A DNA stretch of 62,181 nt from Candidatus Woesearchaeota archaeon (GCA_964622835.1 CAZUSA010000003.1:1-62181), one strand, 5' to 3'. Positions 1-10,193 are shown, numbered from the stretch's first letter. Program-made: numbers and translations. Notes: generated from the letters alone by a model not told the origin.

Positions 1-11
1 CGGCCGCCGCA
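1..11 (+). tRNA. 3' end of a tRNA, probably tRNA-Gly, truncated by the window start (could instead be an att copy)
   Basis: CGG-CCGCCGC-A fits T-stem 3' strand + 7-nt acceptor strand + discriminator A of GCGGCGG-starting archaeal tRNA-Gly. Only 11 nt are visible. Confidence 0.45.
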
Positions 12-64
12 TCACTTCTACAATTAGATGCTACAGCCTTTCTATTTATCAAATTTTAACACCT

Positions 65-107
65 GTTTGAATCCCCTGCAGCGCATCCAACTAATAATTA
101 GATGCGC
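65..107 (+). repeat. Degenerate tRNA-3'-end/att-like copy with a palindromic core
   Basis: GTTTGAATCCCCTGCAGCGCA resembles T-loop, T-stem and acceptor strand. It is followed by GCGCATCCAA-N7-TTAGATGCGC (9/10 inverted repeat). Confidence 0.45.
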
Positions 108-122
108 GGTGATAAGTAATCT

Positions 123-590
123 CTAATTTTTTGTATTGTCTGGCATTTCCACAAATTCGGTTTTTATTTGTTTTAATGATGTTAGAGATATTGCTTTTGC
201 AAAACCATATTTTTTTACTGCTGATTTTATAAATGCATAATATTCATCAACATCCTTACATCTGAATTTCATAATAAATTCATAATCACCAGTACATATA
301 TCTATACTTTCCACATTTGGATGTTTTGCTAGTTCTTTTGTTACCTTTTCAGGATCTCCATATTTTTCTTGAACAAGATTTATTAATACATATGTACAGA
401 ATCCTTGATTTATTTTTTTATAATCAAATACGGCCTTATAGGTAAGTATGGCTTTTTCTTCTTCCAATTTTTTTATGTTGTAGTGTATTGTTGTAGAAGG
501 ATCTTTCAATAGCTTAGCTATTCTGGCTATTTGAGGAGTGCAATGCCCCTTTTTGAAGAGTTCAATTAGTTTTGGTGCTATGTTTTTCAT
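123..590 (-). CDS. Lrp/AsnC family transcriptional regulator
   Basis: N-terminal HTH (IARIAKLLKDPSTTIHYNIKKLEEEKAI) plus RAM domain (CTGDYEFIMKF). Start chosen at the second Met. Confidence 0.9.
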   Translation of the reverse strand: MKNIAPKLIELFKKGHCTPQIARIAKLLKDPSTTIHYNIKKLEEEKAILTYKAVFDYKKINQGFCTYVLINLVQEKYGDPEKVTKELAKHPNVESIDICTGDYEFIMKFRCKDVDEYYAFIKSAVKKYGFAKAISLTSLKQIKTEFVEMPDNTKN

Positions 591-692
591 AAAATTGAAT
601 AATATTCTATTATTTATATAATTTTTGGTATATATTTGAATAATCTTCAATTAAATATATATTGTTGGTTTTTTACTATTCTCCTGACTAAA

Positions 693-1469
693 ATGATCAA
701 AAAAACTGAAAAAAACAATGCAACAAGTATAGGTATAATCGGAGGTCTAGGCCCTGAAACCAGCTGTTTATTTTCACTAAAAATTATTTCTGAGATTAGA
801 AAACTTCTCAATGAGCAGCCAAACATTTTATTAGAAAATCTTGCAGTTTCAAATGAAGTAGAAAAATTAATAATTGAAGGAGGAAATTCGCTAAAAATAC
901 TTAATTTGTTAGCAAACTCAGTAAAACGTCTTAACAAAGCAAAAGTGGATTTTATCGTTATTCCTTGCAATACAGTCCACACATTTATTGATACCTTACG
1001 TGATTTATCAGCAGTTCCAATAGTAAGCATTATTGAAGAAACGGCTAAAGAATGTAAAAGGAAAAAAATAAAGAAAGTTGGAATTCTTGCTTCAACAAAA
1101 ACAATTAAAGAAGGATTACATGAAAAAGAACTTAGAAAATTTGATATCAGTATTATAAGCCCTTCAGACAAAGAGCAAAAAATACTTTGTAACATTATTA
1201 GGAACATAATCCATAAGAAAGAAACAATAGAAGACAAAAAGAGAGCATTAGAAATAATTAAGAATCTACACTTATCTGGTGCTGATGCAATTATTTTAGG
1301 TTGTACAGACCTCTTTCATTTATTGAAAGAAGATTCTGCTTCGTTCAATTTTGTGGATACTTTTTCTGTTTTTATTTCTTCAGTTGTGAAACTGTTTTTA
1401 GAAAATTCTCAAATTCGCAATATTCCAAAAAAGTGTGAGGAATTACAAATTAGGAGAAACAAAAAATGA
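693..1469 (+). CDS. Aspartate/glutamate racemase family protein
   Basis: IGIIGGLGP N-terminus and the two catalytic Cys motifs IPCNT and ILGCTD. Confidence 0.92.
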   Translation: MIKKTEKNNATSIGIIGGLGPETSCLFSLKIISEIRKLLNEQPNILLENLAVSNEVEKLIIEGGNSLKILNLLANSVKRLNKAKVDFIVIPCNTVHTFIDTLRDLSAVPIVSIIEETAKECKRKKIKKVGILASTKTIKEGLHEKELRKFDISIISPSDKEQKILCNIIRNIIHKKETIEDKKRALEIIKNLHLSGADAIILGCTDLFHLLKEDSASFNFVDTFSVFISSVVKLFLENSQIRNIPKKCEELQIRRNKK

Positions 1470-2119
1470 CACAAGAAACACAAAAACCAATCCCCAAGGT
1501 AATAGAATCCTCTCGTAATTTTGGGTTTAGCTCACCAGAATTGTTAAAACAATTTGTTGATGAAGCAAGAGATTGTGGCTTTTATGCTACAGGAGACATT
1601 ACAAGAGATGGAATATTGCTTCCTGTGCAAGGAAGAGATACAAGACCTAGGAAAGTTACCTTTTTTGATGGTCTTCCTGATGAAGAAGTTTTCGCTGGAT
1701 ATTTATGGTCATTTAGCCGAGATTGGGAAATAGGAAGTCAACTATCTCTTCAGGTTTACACTGTTGGTGGGAGAATGCTTAGTGAAACAGACTTTGGTTT
1801 GGATCAGAACTTTGAAGAGTGTCTTAAAAAACCAGAAGGTCATAAAGTATCTTCTCGTTTAATCTCCCTTGCCAAAGAAAGTGGAACTTTTAGAGGTAAC
1901 AGATATCTTGTGAGTGGAAGTGAAGATCAACAATTACTCATGGATCATATGAGGGGTATTGGAGATTGGCCAAGAGGAATAGTTCAACGATATGGTAAAG
2001 ATCCTAGAACAGATTTAGAACTGTCTGTTTTAACGATACAACCCAACAAAGAAGATGAAGTAGAATTGGAACTTAAGGCATTAATCACAGCATACCAACA
2101 ATTAAAGGATGGACAATAA
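1466..2119 (+). CDS. Hypothetical protein
   Basis: 217-aa ORF coupled to the racemase by an ATGA overlap. No motif recognised. Confidence 0.7.
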   Translation: MTQETQKPIPKVIESSRNFGFSSPELLKQFVDEARDCGFYATGDITRDGILLPVQGRDTRPRKVTFFDGLPDEEVFAGYLWSFSRDWEIGSQLSLQVYTVGGRMLSETDFGLDQNFEECLKKPEGHKVSSRLISLAKESGTFRGNRYLVSGSEDQQLLMDHMRGIGDWPRGIVQRYGKDPRTDLELSVLTIQPNKEDEVELELKALITAYQQLKDGQ

Positions 2120-2251
2120 CAATGCAAGACAACACAAATTATTTAAGTGCACTAAACTGTATAAATACTAGGCATTGTGGTGATTCGAAGTATTGTTGGC
2201 ATGCACGGCCGCCTTCTCTAACTTATAATATTGTGTGCACTTATATTATTT

Positions 2252-3193
2252 TTATTTCTTATTTTTGTGCCCGTAACTTTTTATTTGGTCTATGATTAGT
2301 TTTAACATTTCTGAGATATATTTTTTATACAATCCATTGTCTGCTTCTTCTAATGTTTGGTAGTATTGTTCTCTTTTTTCATAAGGTATAAAGAACATTG
2401 GATATTCATTTTTCATTAATAGCCAATTCATAATTGCTCTGGCTGTTCTGCCGTTACCATCTTCGAAAGGATGTATCCAAGTTATTTTTGCATGAATTAA
2501 TGTTGCTAATTCAAAGGGGTGGAGTTTATTTTTGTTAGCACTGTACCATTTTTGTAGGTTTAGTAAATATTTTTTAACTTCTTCGTGAGGTGGTGGAGTG
2601 TGTTGGGAACCTTCAATTTTAACATTAAAAAATCTTATTCTTCCACCATAAACCACGTCTGTATTTTTTGTTAGAATTCCATTAATTTTTTCTAAAAGTT
2701 TGTTGTTTAATTGGCCTTCATACTTTTTTAAATATTTTAAACATTCCTTGCCATTAATTGCTTCATGGTAATCTGAGGCACGTACGCCTGAAGGAATTAC
2801 TTTATCTTTGAGAATAAGAGCAGTTTGTCGTAACGTAAGTCTGTTTCCTTCAATAGCATTTGTATTATAGGTAAATCTAATAATAAAATCATCATAAATT
2901 TTTTTCTTTATATTATTTGGTGTTTGTTTCAACCAATCATTGTAACTTTCTTTTAAATCTTGAAGAATTTCAGAATCTTTACTTGATATGAAAGAATTTT
3001 CTGATTTGTTTAAACCTTCCTCAACTAATTTCCTCTCTATTTCTTGAGCATATTTTTCAATTTCTTTTTTTGTTGGCTTTTTATTTCCAATATAAACTCT
3101 AATTTTCTTCCATTTATTTATTGCAATTCTAATGTTCTTTGTAAGATAATGGTATTCTTTTCCACCTCTTTTGATAATCTCAACATAACTCAT
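2252..3193 (-). CDS. fic: Fic/DOC family protein (AMPylase)
   Basis: Canonical HPFEDGNGRTAR motif, plus YNTNAIEGNRL, the (S/T)xxxE(G/N) inhibitory-helix motif. Confidence 0.95.
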   Translation of the reverse strand: MSYVEIIKRGGKEYHYLTKNIRIAINKWKKIRVYIGNKKPTKKEIEKYAQEIERKLVEEGLNKSENSFISSKDSEILQDLKESYNDWLKQTPNNIKKKIYDDFIIRFTYNTNAIEGNRLTLRQTALILKDKVIPSGVRASDYHEAINGKECLKYLKKYEGQLNNKLLEKINGILTKNTDVVYGGRIRFFNVKIEGSQHTPPPHEEVKKYLLNLQKWYSANKNKLHPFELATLIHAKITWIHPFEDGNGRTARAIMNWLLMKNEYPMFFIPYEKREQYYQTLEEADNGLYKKYISEMLKLIIDQIKSYGHKNKK

Positions 3194-3415
3194 ACAATTT
3201 GTATGGGCACAATACTATTTAAATATTTCGTTAATATGTGCACACGAAGATAGTTATCAGCTACAAATATTTAAAGATATCAATTATCAGCTACACATTA
3301 TCTTGAATAAGGGTAATAAACTCTTTGGGAGTGTACTGTTGAGTAATGTTTTTAAACGCCTCTATCCTTTAATTTGGCTAGGTACACTGTTGCCGCATCA
3401 GAAAGGGAGGTTAGC

Positions 3416-3449
3416 TCCCGGCCGCCGCATCGATCTTACTTTCCAATGC
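3416..3449 (+). repeat. att-like direct repeat of the tRNA 3' end
   Basis: CGGCCGCCGCATC at 3419-3431 is identical to window bases 1-13 and lies 75 bp upstream of the integrase-like start. Confidence 0.7.
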
Positions 3450-3505
3450 ACAGTGCACTAAAGGACTTAAAGAAGTGGGCACTATGCTTCTTCTTGGAGA
3501 AAAAG

Positions 3506-4438
3506 ATGGCAGAAGACGATGTGTATGGAAATAAGAGAACTTATGAGCATTTTATTGATAACATTAATAATTTAGCTAAGCCTATAGAAGAAGCACCTAA
3601 AGAGAGGGGTAAACAGAGATATTACTCCAAAAATAAGGCTAATATCAAACATTTCATAAAATTACATAAGCTCTTTGAAAGTAGGGATACTAGTTATGTA
3701 AGGAGATTGAGACTTTTTGGAACCCTTAAACTCATAACATTTGTATCCAAGAAGAACTTAAAGGATTGCAATAGAGATGACATCAATGAAATTCTTGCAT
3801 TTAGTCATAAAGTAAATGTAAGTCCTAAAAAATTTTCAAAGCTACATCAAGGATTTAAAAAATTTATAGAATCTAAAAAAGGCAAGGGCATTGATGAAAG
3901 CCTGATTTTAGAAGAATATAAGAAATCTATAGAAGGCACTAAAGATTTTAAAGAAGTGTCTGAAAAATTACCTGAAATGTGTTTCAAAGGCAGTTTTGAA
4001 ATAAAAAAGAAGAATTTCGAAAATATATTTTTAGTAAATGTTACTAGTGATTCCTTTTCAGAAATATCAACTGATTTAAATTTACTCAAGCTGTTTAAAG
4101 AAAAAAGATTAGATGGCAATTCCTATCCTTATGTTGTTAGCATACACGATCTTTTAGTAATTTCTGATTTATTGGAAGAACCAGGAGATATAATAGATTA
4201 CATAAAACAGAGAGTGGAATTAAACAAGACCTATGAAATAAGATCAGAAGATGAATTAGATTTTTTAGGATATTTTTTAGAAAACGGCAACCTCCATATA
4301 ATGGAAAATACTAAAGGAATTAAACACCCACTTATTCACGGCTATAGTGAGATTATAGATAAATGGTATGCTTATCGCGCTGGCCAAATTAATAAAGTAG
4401 AAAAACCAAAAAGGAAAAATGAAAAGAAATTATCATAA
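3506..4438 (+). pseudogene. Chimeric ORF: tyrosine-integrase N-terminal fragment fused to an unrelated C-terminal domain
   Basis: The first ~108 aa (DVYGNK..YYSKNKAN..SYVRRLR..CNRDDIN..SPK) resemble the N-terminus of DPANN integrases (recalled, not searched). No R-H-R-Y catalytic motifs follow. The rest carries PYVVSIHDL..DYIKQR..DELDFLGYFL. Confidence 0.55.
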
Positions 4439-4718
4439 TGAAATGGAAAATAAGGTTGAACTTATTATTTCTCTTATAGTTTTAGTTGCAATTGTATCTT
4501 CGTTATATTTGAAAGGAAAATATATCAATCTGGCAACAGAATGGGGAACTTTAATTCTAATAAGTGTCATAACTACTGGTTTTTGTCAAATGATAATTCA
4601 AAGAATTTCTGGAAATCTTTTAGAAAAAATTCCACTCACTGTAACAATTGCAGGGAAAAAGTTCTCGTTTTCCTTGTTTTTTGTAATAACTATTTTATTA
4701 AAATTAATTATTTTTTAA
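4419..4718 (+). CDS. Small membrane protein
   Basis: 99 aa with three hydrophobic segments. Confidence 0.6.
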   Translation: MKRNYHNEMENKVELIISLIVLVAIVSSLYLKGKYINLATEWGTLILISVITTGFCQMIIQRISGNLLEKIPLTVTIAGKKFSFSLFFVITILLKLIIF

Positions 4719-4827
4719 TTATTTTTTATGTGTAACAAATCCTTCATAGATTTCACCGTCTAAAACTTCTTTTTTGTTATCTCGAATCCAGCAGTGAAAA
4801 AAAGAAAAGAATAGCAAATTATAGTGA

Positions 4828-5355
4828 TTAAAATTTCTTTCTAATAAAAACTTTGTTTGTTTTTCCAGAAGGTTTCTTTGTTATAATTCCTCTTTTTTCT
4901 AAAGATGCCAAAACAAGGGAAAGTTGTGTTTTTGATAATCCTGTCTTATACCTCAATGTAGCCTGAGTAATTCCTTCTTGTTCATAAACTGTTTTTAATA
5001 TTATTTTTTCATCTTCATTAAACCCTGATAAAAATGCTCCAAATTTATCTTTTTTATCAACCGATTGTAATGTTTTTGATATGTTTGAATGTTGTTCTAA
5101 TAATATTTGTTGTGTTTTATCAAAAAAGATTAAGTATGCTCCAAGGGTGAGTAAAGCAATTGCTATGAGGGTTCCAATAAATGTTGATGATTCCTTGCTT
5201 TGATGTAGACACGTACCATCATCTAAAAAACAAGACCCTGATGCCTGGACCACGCTATTGATGGCTTCTGTTTCTTGCTTGCTTATGAAAAACATTAGTG
5301 AAGCTAATATAACTCCCAAAATAAGAACGATTGTACCTATATTTTTTTGATTCAT
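4828..5355 (-). CDS. Membrane-anchored winged-HTH protein (2 TM + C-terminal HTH)
   Basis: Two TM helices flank a CFLDDGTCLH loop. C-terminus GITQATLRYKTGLSKTQLSLVLASLEKRGII. Confidence 0.8.
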   Translation of the reverse strand: MNQKNIGTIVLILGVILASLMFFISKQETEAINSVVQASGSCFLDDGTCLHQSKESSTFIGTLIAIALLTLGAYLIFFDKTQQILLEQHSNISKTLQSVDKKDKFGAFLSGFNEDEKIILKTVYEQEGITQATLRYKTGLSKTQLSLVLASLEKRGIITKKPSGKTNKVFIRKKF

Positions 5356-5378
5356 CCCAATAAAGATTAATGTCTATA

Positions 5379-7589
5379 CTAAAGCCTTTTCTTTTTCAAT
5401 AATAGAGAATTGCTAACCACGCTCACACTACTTAAGGCCATCGCAGCTCCAGCAATAATTGGAGAAAGTAACCATCCAGTCAGAGGATACAATACTCCCG
5501 CAGCAATTGGAATGCCTAAAACGTTGTAAAAAAGCCCCCAAAACATGTTTTGCCTTATTTTAGCCATAGTAAATTTACTTAACTTAACTGCCTTTGGAAC
5601 ATCTAAAATATCATTTTTCATTAAAACAACATTTCCTGTCTCCATAGCCACATCAGTTCCTGAACCCATTGCTATACCAATATCTGCTTGAGCCAAAGCT
5701 GGAGCATCATTTATACCGTCTCCAACCATTGCAACTTCACCATATTTCTGTAACTTTTTAACATAATTTGCTTTTTCTTCAGGGAGAACATCAGCAAAGA
5801 TATTTCTTATTCCTGCCTGAGAAGCAATTGCCTTAGCAGTTCTTTCATTATCCCCAGTAATCATAAAAACTTTTATTCCCATTCTATGCAATCTTCTTAC
5901 AGCATTACTTGCATTTTCCTTTATCGTATCAGCAACTGCAATCAGGCCTATTACTTTATTTTTCTCAGCCAAAATCATAACTGTTTTTCCAAGATTTTCC
6001 AATTCTTTTTTCTTTTCAATTATTTCCTTGGTATAGATTTTTTCTTTATTCATCAATTTTTCATTACCAAAAAAATATTTTTTACCATTCAATGCAGCAA
6101 CAACCCCCATCCCAGGTATAGCCATAAAATTTGTAGCTCTTTTGAGTGAAATTTTTTGATTTTCTGCTTCTTTAACAATTGCTTCAGCGAGAGAATGTTC
6201 AGAAGATTGTTCAATACTAGCAGCATATTCTAATAATTCATGTTCTGTTACATTTCTATTTAATGAAATTACATTTGTTACTTGTGGTATTCCTTTAGTG
6301 ATAGTTCCTGTTTTGTCAAATGCAACAACTTTTATTTTGTGTGCTGTTTCTAAAGCTTCTCCTCCTTTAATCAAAATACCTTTTTTAGCACCTTTGCCAG
6401 TTCCAACCATAATTGCGGTGGGTGTAGCTAATCCTAAGGCACAAGGGCAAGCAATAACTAACACTGCCACACTAGTGATCAAGGCAAAAGATATGTCTTT
6501 GTCAAAGAAAAAATACCATGAACTAAATGTCAATATGGCTACAAAAATAACTATTGGGACAAAATAAGATGAAACAGTGTCTGCAAACCTTTGAATTGGT
6601 GCCTTACTTCCTTGAGCTTCTTCAATAAGCTTAATTATCCTTGCAAGAGTGGTGTTTTCACCAATTTCTGTTGTTTTAAAGATTAAACTTCCTTGTTTGT
6701 TAATTGTTGCACCTATAACTTTGTCTCCAACATTTTTATCAACAGGAATGCTTTCACCACTAATCATACTTTCATCAACAGAAGAATGTCCTTCAACAAT
6801 AATGCCATCAACAGGAATTTTTTCTCCAGGTTTAACTATGATGAGGTCTCCTACAACAACATTTTCAATAGGGACTTTTGATTCTTTTCCGTCTTTGAGA
6901 ATGGTTGCAGTTTTTGGTGCTATATTCATAAGTTTTTTAATTGCACTTGAAGTTTTTTGTTTTGCTTTAGATTCCAAAAATTTCCCAAGAATAACTAATG
7001 TGATAATCATTGCTGATGCCTCAAAGTATTGTCCTTGTGATGGATTGAAAAGCATTGTATAAACACTAAAAATATAGGCTGCACTTGTGCCCATAACAAT
7101 CAATGTATCCATATTGGCTGATTTGTTTTTTAATGCACTCCAGGCGCCTTTGTAAAAATCCCACGCCACATATAATTGCACTGGTGTAGCTAAGATAAAT
7201 AGGAAATAATGTGCATAGAGAAGTTCTGTACCCATAAAGAAAATACTCTCTTTCATAAGAAACATTCCAATGATAAAAGCAGGAACAGCAAATAAAAGGC
7301 TGATATTTAGTTTTTTCTTAAGGTTAAATAATTCCAATTTCTGTTGGCGTGCAAGCTGGTCTTTGCCAGAGGAAGTATCATATTTTTGTGCAGTATAGCC
7401 TTTACTTTTCACTACATCTATTAATTTATTGGGCAAGACTACTTTTTCATCAAACACAACATTAGCACGTGCTGTAGAATAATTAACATTAGCTTCTCTC
7501 ACACCATTTATTTTTGTTAATGCCTTTGTGATAATAGTTGCGCAGCTAGCACAATGCATCCCTCCAACAGATATGTCTATTTTTTTCAT
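5379..7589 (-). CDS. copA: Cu(I)-translocating P1B-type ATPase
   Basis: GMHCASC HMA domain, TGES-like SGES, CPC, DKTGT, HSLA, GDGIND, and YN and MALSS motifs. Confidence 0.97.
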   Translation of the reverse strand: MKKIDISVGGMHCASCATIITKALTKINGVREANVNYSTARANVVFDEKVVLPNKLIDVVKSKGYTAQKYDTSSGKDQLARQQKLELFNLKKKLNISLLFAVPAFIIGMFLMKESIFFMGTELLYAHYFLFILATPVQLYVAWDFYKGAWSALKNKSANMDTLIVMGTSAAYIFSVYTMLFNPSQGQYFEASAMIITLVILGKFLESKAKQKTSSAIKKLMNIAPKTATILKDGKESKVPIENVVVGDLIIVKPGEKIPVDGIIVEGHSSVDESMISGESIPVDKNVGDKVIGATINKQGSLIFKTTEIGENTTLARIIKLIEEAQGSKAPIQRFADTVSSYFVPIVIFVAILTFSSWYFFFDKDISFALITSVAVLVIACPCALGLATPTAIMVGTGKGAKKGILIKGGEALETAHKIKVVAFDKTGTITKGIPQVTNVISLNRNVTEHELLEYAASIEQSSEHSLAEAIVKEAENQKISLKRATNFMAIPGMGVVAALNGKKYFFGNEKLMNKEKIYTKEIIEKKKELENLGKTVMILAEKNKVIGLIAVADTIKENASNAVRRLHRMGIKVFMITGDNERTAKAIASQAGIRNIFADVLPEEKANYVKKLQKYGEVAMVGDGINDAPALAQADIGIAMGSGTDVAMETGNVVLMKNDILDVPKAVKLSKFTMAKIRQNMFWGLFYNVLGIPIAAGVLYPLTGWLLSPIIAGAAMALSSVSVVSNSLLLKKKRL

Positions 7590-8005
7590 TATTCAACTAC
7601 AAATGAACCTCTTCCCATATTCATTGAACATCTTATTGGTATTGTTCCTTTTTTAGTTGGTGTAAATTCAATAATGTTATCATTAGCTGTAACATACTTT
7701 TTTACTCCAAATGAAGGAATGTTAACCTCTTGCATACAACCTCTAACTGTACTCATATCTACTTCCATACGCACTGGAACACCTTCTTTTAAGGTACTTG
7801 GAGTTATAATATAACCTTGCCCTCCCATGCTTAAAGTTACTTTTTGTACTTCCCCATTACCTGCAGTAACAGTTTTTACTACTTCTCCTGTTATTCCAGC
7901 ATTGTTTTTTAATCCACTGTTGAACAAAAACACAACTGCAATTATAAGTATCCCTATAAAAACAAGATGCTTTCCTCCCAACCTAATTGTATTATCTTCT
8001 TTCAT
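7589..8005 (-). CDS. Membrane-anchored cupredoxin-domain protein (CupA-like)
   Basis: N-terminal TM, GCMQEV motif, C-terminal CSMNM motif; lies directly upstream of copA. Confidence 0.85.
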   Translation of the reverse strand: MKEDNTIRLGGKHLVFIGILIIAVVFLFNSGLKNNAGITGEVVKTVTAGNGEVQKVTLSMGGQGYIITPSTLKEGVPVRMEVDMSTVRGCMQEVNIPSFGVKKYVTANDNIIEFTPTKKGTIPIRCSMNMGRGSFVVE

Positions 8006-8006
8006 T

Positions 8007-8933
8007 TTAACCTCCTATCACAAATGATGATTTTGGACCATAAACCGTAATAACACTTAAAACCAAAGTTACAACTATAGAAATTGAAGCAAAAGTAACA
8101 AACTCTACTGGTTTTTTCCTAACACTTTGATTATGTTCTACAACTTCCTCAAACAACATATAAGACAAACCTCCTAAAATTATTAGATTTATCAGCATAT
8201 ACAATGGCATAAACAATTCAAGATGGTCAAAGAACATCATAAGACTAATCATAGGCCCCATTGTCCCTCCCATTAATCCTGCCATCATTCCTTCCATAAT
8301 CCCCATAACTCCACAACAGGTTCCAGTCATAGTACCAACAATGACGCCAATTATCATACCAACAGTTGCACCAATAAAAAATCCATTAGTGGCTCCCATA
8401 ATTGCACCAATCATCATTCCAGATTGCATTCCAACAGTCATACCAATCATCATACCAACCATACAAGTAACTTTGGCGTGGTATGAATAAAAATGCCATA
8501 AAGCTCCTCCAATGAACGTAACACTAATTGTCAAATACAAAAACCAAATTGCATAATTTTGAAAAAAACCTTCTATTTTATTCAAAAAAGCCCAATAAGT
8601 TAAGATTTCTAAAATTCCTAAGAGAAGAAAAACATAAATTGTATATCTAATACCCTTACGTTCAAGGTCATATTTTTTTGGATTTTCTTTAAAATCTCTA
8701 AATCTCTCTCTAATTGTTTTTCTTTCAAAGGGTGTGGGTGCTGCACGAAAACCCCTGTCTTTTATTATTTTAACAAATTCTTTTTCAGTTATTCTAGTAC
8801 TATCATGATCAAAAATAACTTTATCATTCATTACTTCCCAAGAATTGACACCATTTAATGATTTAAAAGACTTATTAAGAATTTTAACACAACTATCGCA
8901 TTCTATGTCTGGAACATAAATTGTTGTTTTCAT
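8007..8933 (-). CDS. HMA domain + Met/Gly-rich polytopic membrane protein
   Basis: DIECDSC HMA motif and TM segments with CMVGMMIGMTVGM and CCGVMGIMEGMMAGLMGGTMGPM. Confidence 0.8.
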   Translation of the reverse strand: MKTTIYVPDIECDSCVKILNKSFKSLNGVNSWEVMNDKVIFDHDSTRITEKEFVKIIKDRGFRAAPTPFERKTIRERFRDFKENPKKYDLERKGIRYTIYVFLLLGILEILTYWAFLNKIEGFFQNYAIWFLYLTISVTFIGGALWHFYSYHAKVTCMVGMMIGMTVGMQSGMMIGAIMGATNGFFIGATVGMIIGVIVGTMTGTCCGVMGIMEGMMAGLMGGTMGPMISLMMFFDHLELFMPLYMLINLIILGGLSYMLFEEVVEHNQSVRKKPVEFVTFASISIVVTLVLSVITVYGPKSSFVIGG

Positions 8934-9148
8934 AATACTTCATAATCTCCAACAGACATAATTACTTTTTTGAGATCTTCTTCAGAATTTTTTGTTTCAT
9001 CATAAGAAATTTTAACAATGCCTTCATTAGAAGAAATATGTATTATGGTAACATCTTTTATTTCCTCAAGTTCATCAGTTATCAAAACTTCACAACTCTT
9101 ACAATGCATCCCTTTAACATTGAATGATATATCTTTCATATTTTGCAC
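8930..9148 (-). CDS. copZ: Copper chaperone (HMA)
   Basis: 72 aa with GMHCKSC motif; first gene of the cop cluster. Confidence 0.9.
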   Translation of the reverse strand: MQNMKDISFNVKGMHCKSCEVLITDELEEIKDVTIIHISSNEGIVKISYDETKNSEEDLKKVIMSVGDYEVL

Positions 9149-9343
9149 CTTCCTATTTTTTATTTATTTTCATAAAAATAGTATTTATTCCTTTGTACAA
9201 GAAAAAAACATCAAAATCGTTTATATCAGCTAAATAATCGTTCAGAATTGTTTAATTCGTTATTTTGATGCCATTATTTCAAACACTTCTTCTCTTTCTT
9301 TTTAATCACACATTGAAGTAAAAAAGATAAGATTTATATATAA

Positions 9344-9365
9344 CATATGATAATCTTATCATATG
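9344..9365 (+). promoter_or_regulatory. ArsR/SmtB-type operator
   Basis: Perfect 10-2-10 palindrome CATATGATAA-TC-TTATCATATG between a TATA-like TTTATATA (9333-9340) and the ArsR ATG. Confidence 0.8.
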
Positions 9366-9668
9366 AATAACTTACATAGATTGTTTTTCAAAGGATTTTC
9401 TAACCAAACAAGGCTTGAAATTATAAATTTACTAAAGAAAGGACCTCTCACGGTGAGTGCTATTGGCAAACATCTTGGGTTTGAACAAAGCAGAGTTTCT
9501 CATAATTTGAAGTGTTTAGAACATTGTGGGTTTGTTCATAGTGAACAAAATGGAAAATGGAAGAAATATTCATTAGATGAAGAAACTATTTTACCAATGG
9601 TGGTCTTGTTTGATAAGCATATTGCTAAATACAAGAAAAGATTACAACAGTGTGAGGTTTTATCATGA
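9363..9668 (+). CDS. ArsR/SmtB family transcriptional regulator
   Basis: FSNQTRLEIINLL..QSRVSHNLKCLEHCGFV. Confidence 0.92.
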   Translation: MNNLHRLFFKGFSNQTRLEIINLLKKGPLTVSAIGKHLGFEQSRVSHNLKCLEHCGFVHSEQNGKWKKYSLDEETILPMVVLFDKHIAKYKKRLQQCEVLS

Positions 9669-9994
9669 AACTTTCAGCAACGGGAACTGCTGTTTCAGCA
9701 GCTTGCTGTTTTGGAGTATTGAATGTTATCTTGGGATTATTTGGATTAACTGCTACAATAGCGTACGTTAATCAATATGGTGATTATATTTTCTTTCCAG
9801 CATTTGCAATCTTTGGCGTTATTTTTATTAAACAATTACTTAATTGGAAGAAAAGTTGGTTCACTTGGTTACTTTCATTAGTTATTGTTGGTGTTTTGAT
9901 TTGGTTTATGACCTTTGGCATAGTGTATACAAGTCTAATCATTGGAGGAGTAATCCTTGGATTATTATTCCTAAAATTGTGGGGAGGAAAATAA
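9665..9994 (+). CDS. MerF/MerC-like metal transport membrane protein
   Basis: TAVSAACCFG..DYIFFPAFAIF resembles MerF (ALCCF..DYVLLPALAIF). Confidence 0.7.
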   Translation: MKLSATGTAVSAACCFGVLNVILGLFGLTATIAYVNQYGDYIFFPAFAIFGVIFIKQLLNWKKSWFTWLLSLVIVGVLIWFMTFGIVYTSLIIGGVILGLLFLKLWGGK

Positions 9995-9995
9995 A

Positions 9996-10193
9996 ATGGA
10001 AGAAGAACTTTATGGAAATGTTACGTGTCCAGAATGCAAATATTTACAGAAAATGAAGATACCAACAAATATGTGTATGCAATCTTACAGTTGTGATAGT
10101 TGTAAAAAAGAAATTAAAGCTAAAAACAGTTGTTGTGTATTTTGTGATTATGGGGATAGAAAATGTCCAGTGGCAGAGGAACATCAAAAATGA
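9996..10193 (+). CDS. GDCCVxC-family small Cys-rich protein (mer-associated)
   Basis: CPEC..MKIPTNMC..YSCDSC..NSCCVFCDYGDRKCP pattern. Confidence 0.8.
   Translation: MEEELYGNVTCPECKYLQKMKIPTNMCMQSYSCDSCKKEIKAKNSCCVFCDYGDRKCPVAEEHQK

Noticed and set aside
647-1237. Long antisense ORF opposite the racemase (likewise 31336-31803 and 36975-37376)
   Set aside because: These are mirror frames of well-supported genes and carry no motifs.
9996-10193. Possible selenoprotein (some GDCCVxC members use Sec)
   Set aside because: There is no in-frame TGA; all positions are Cys codons.
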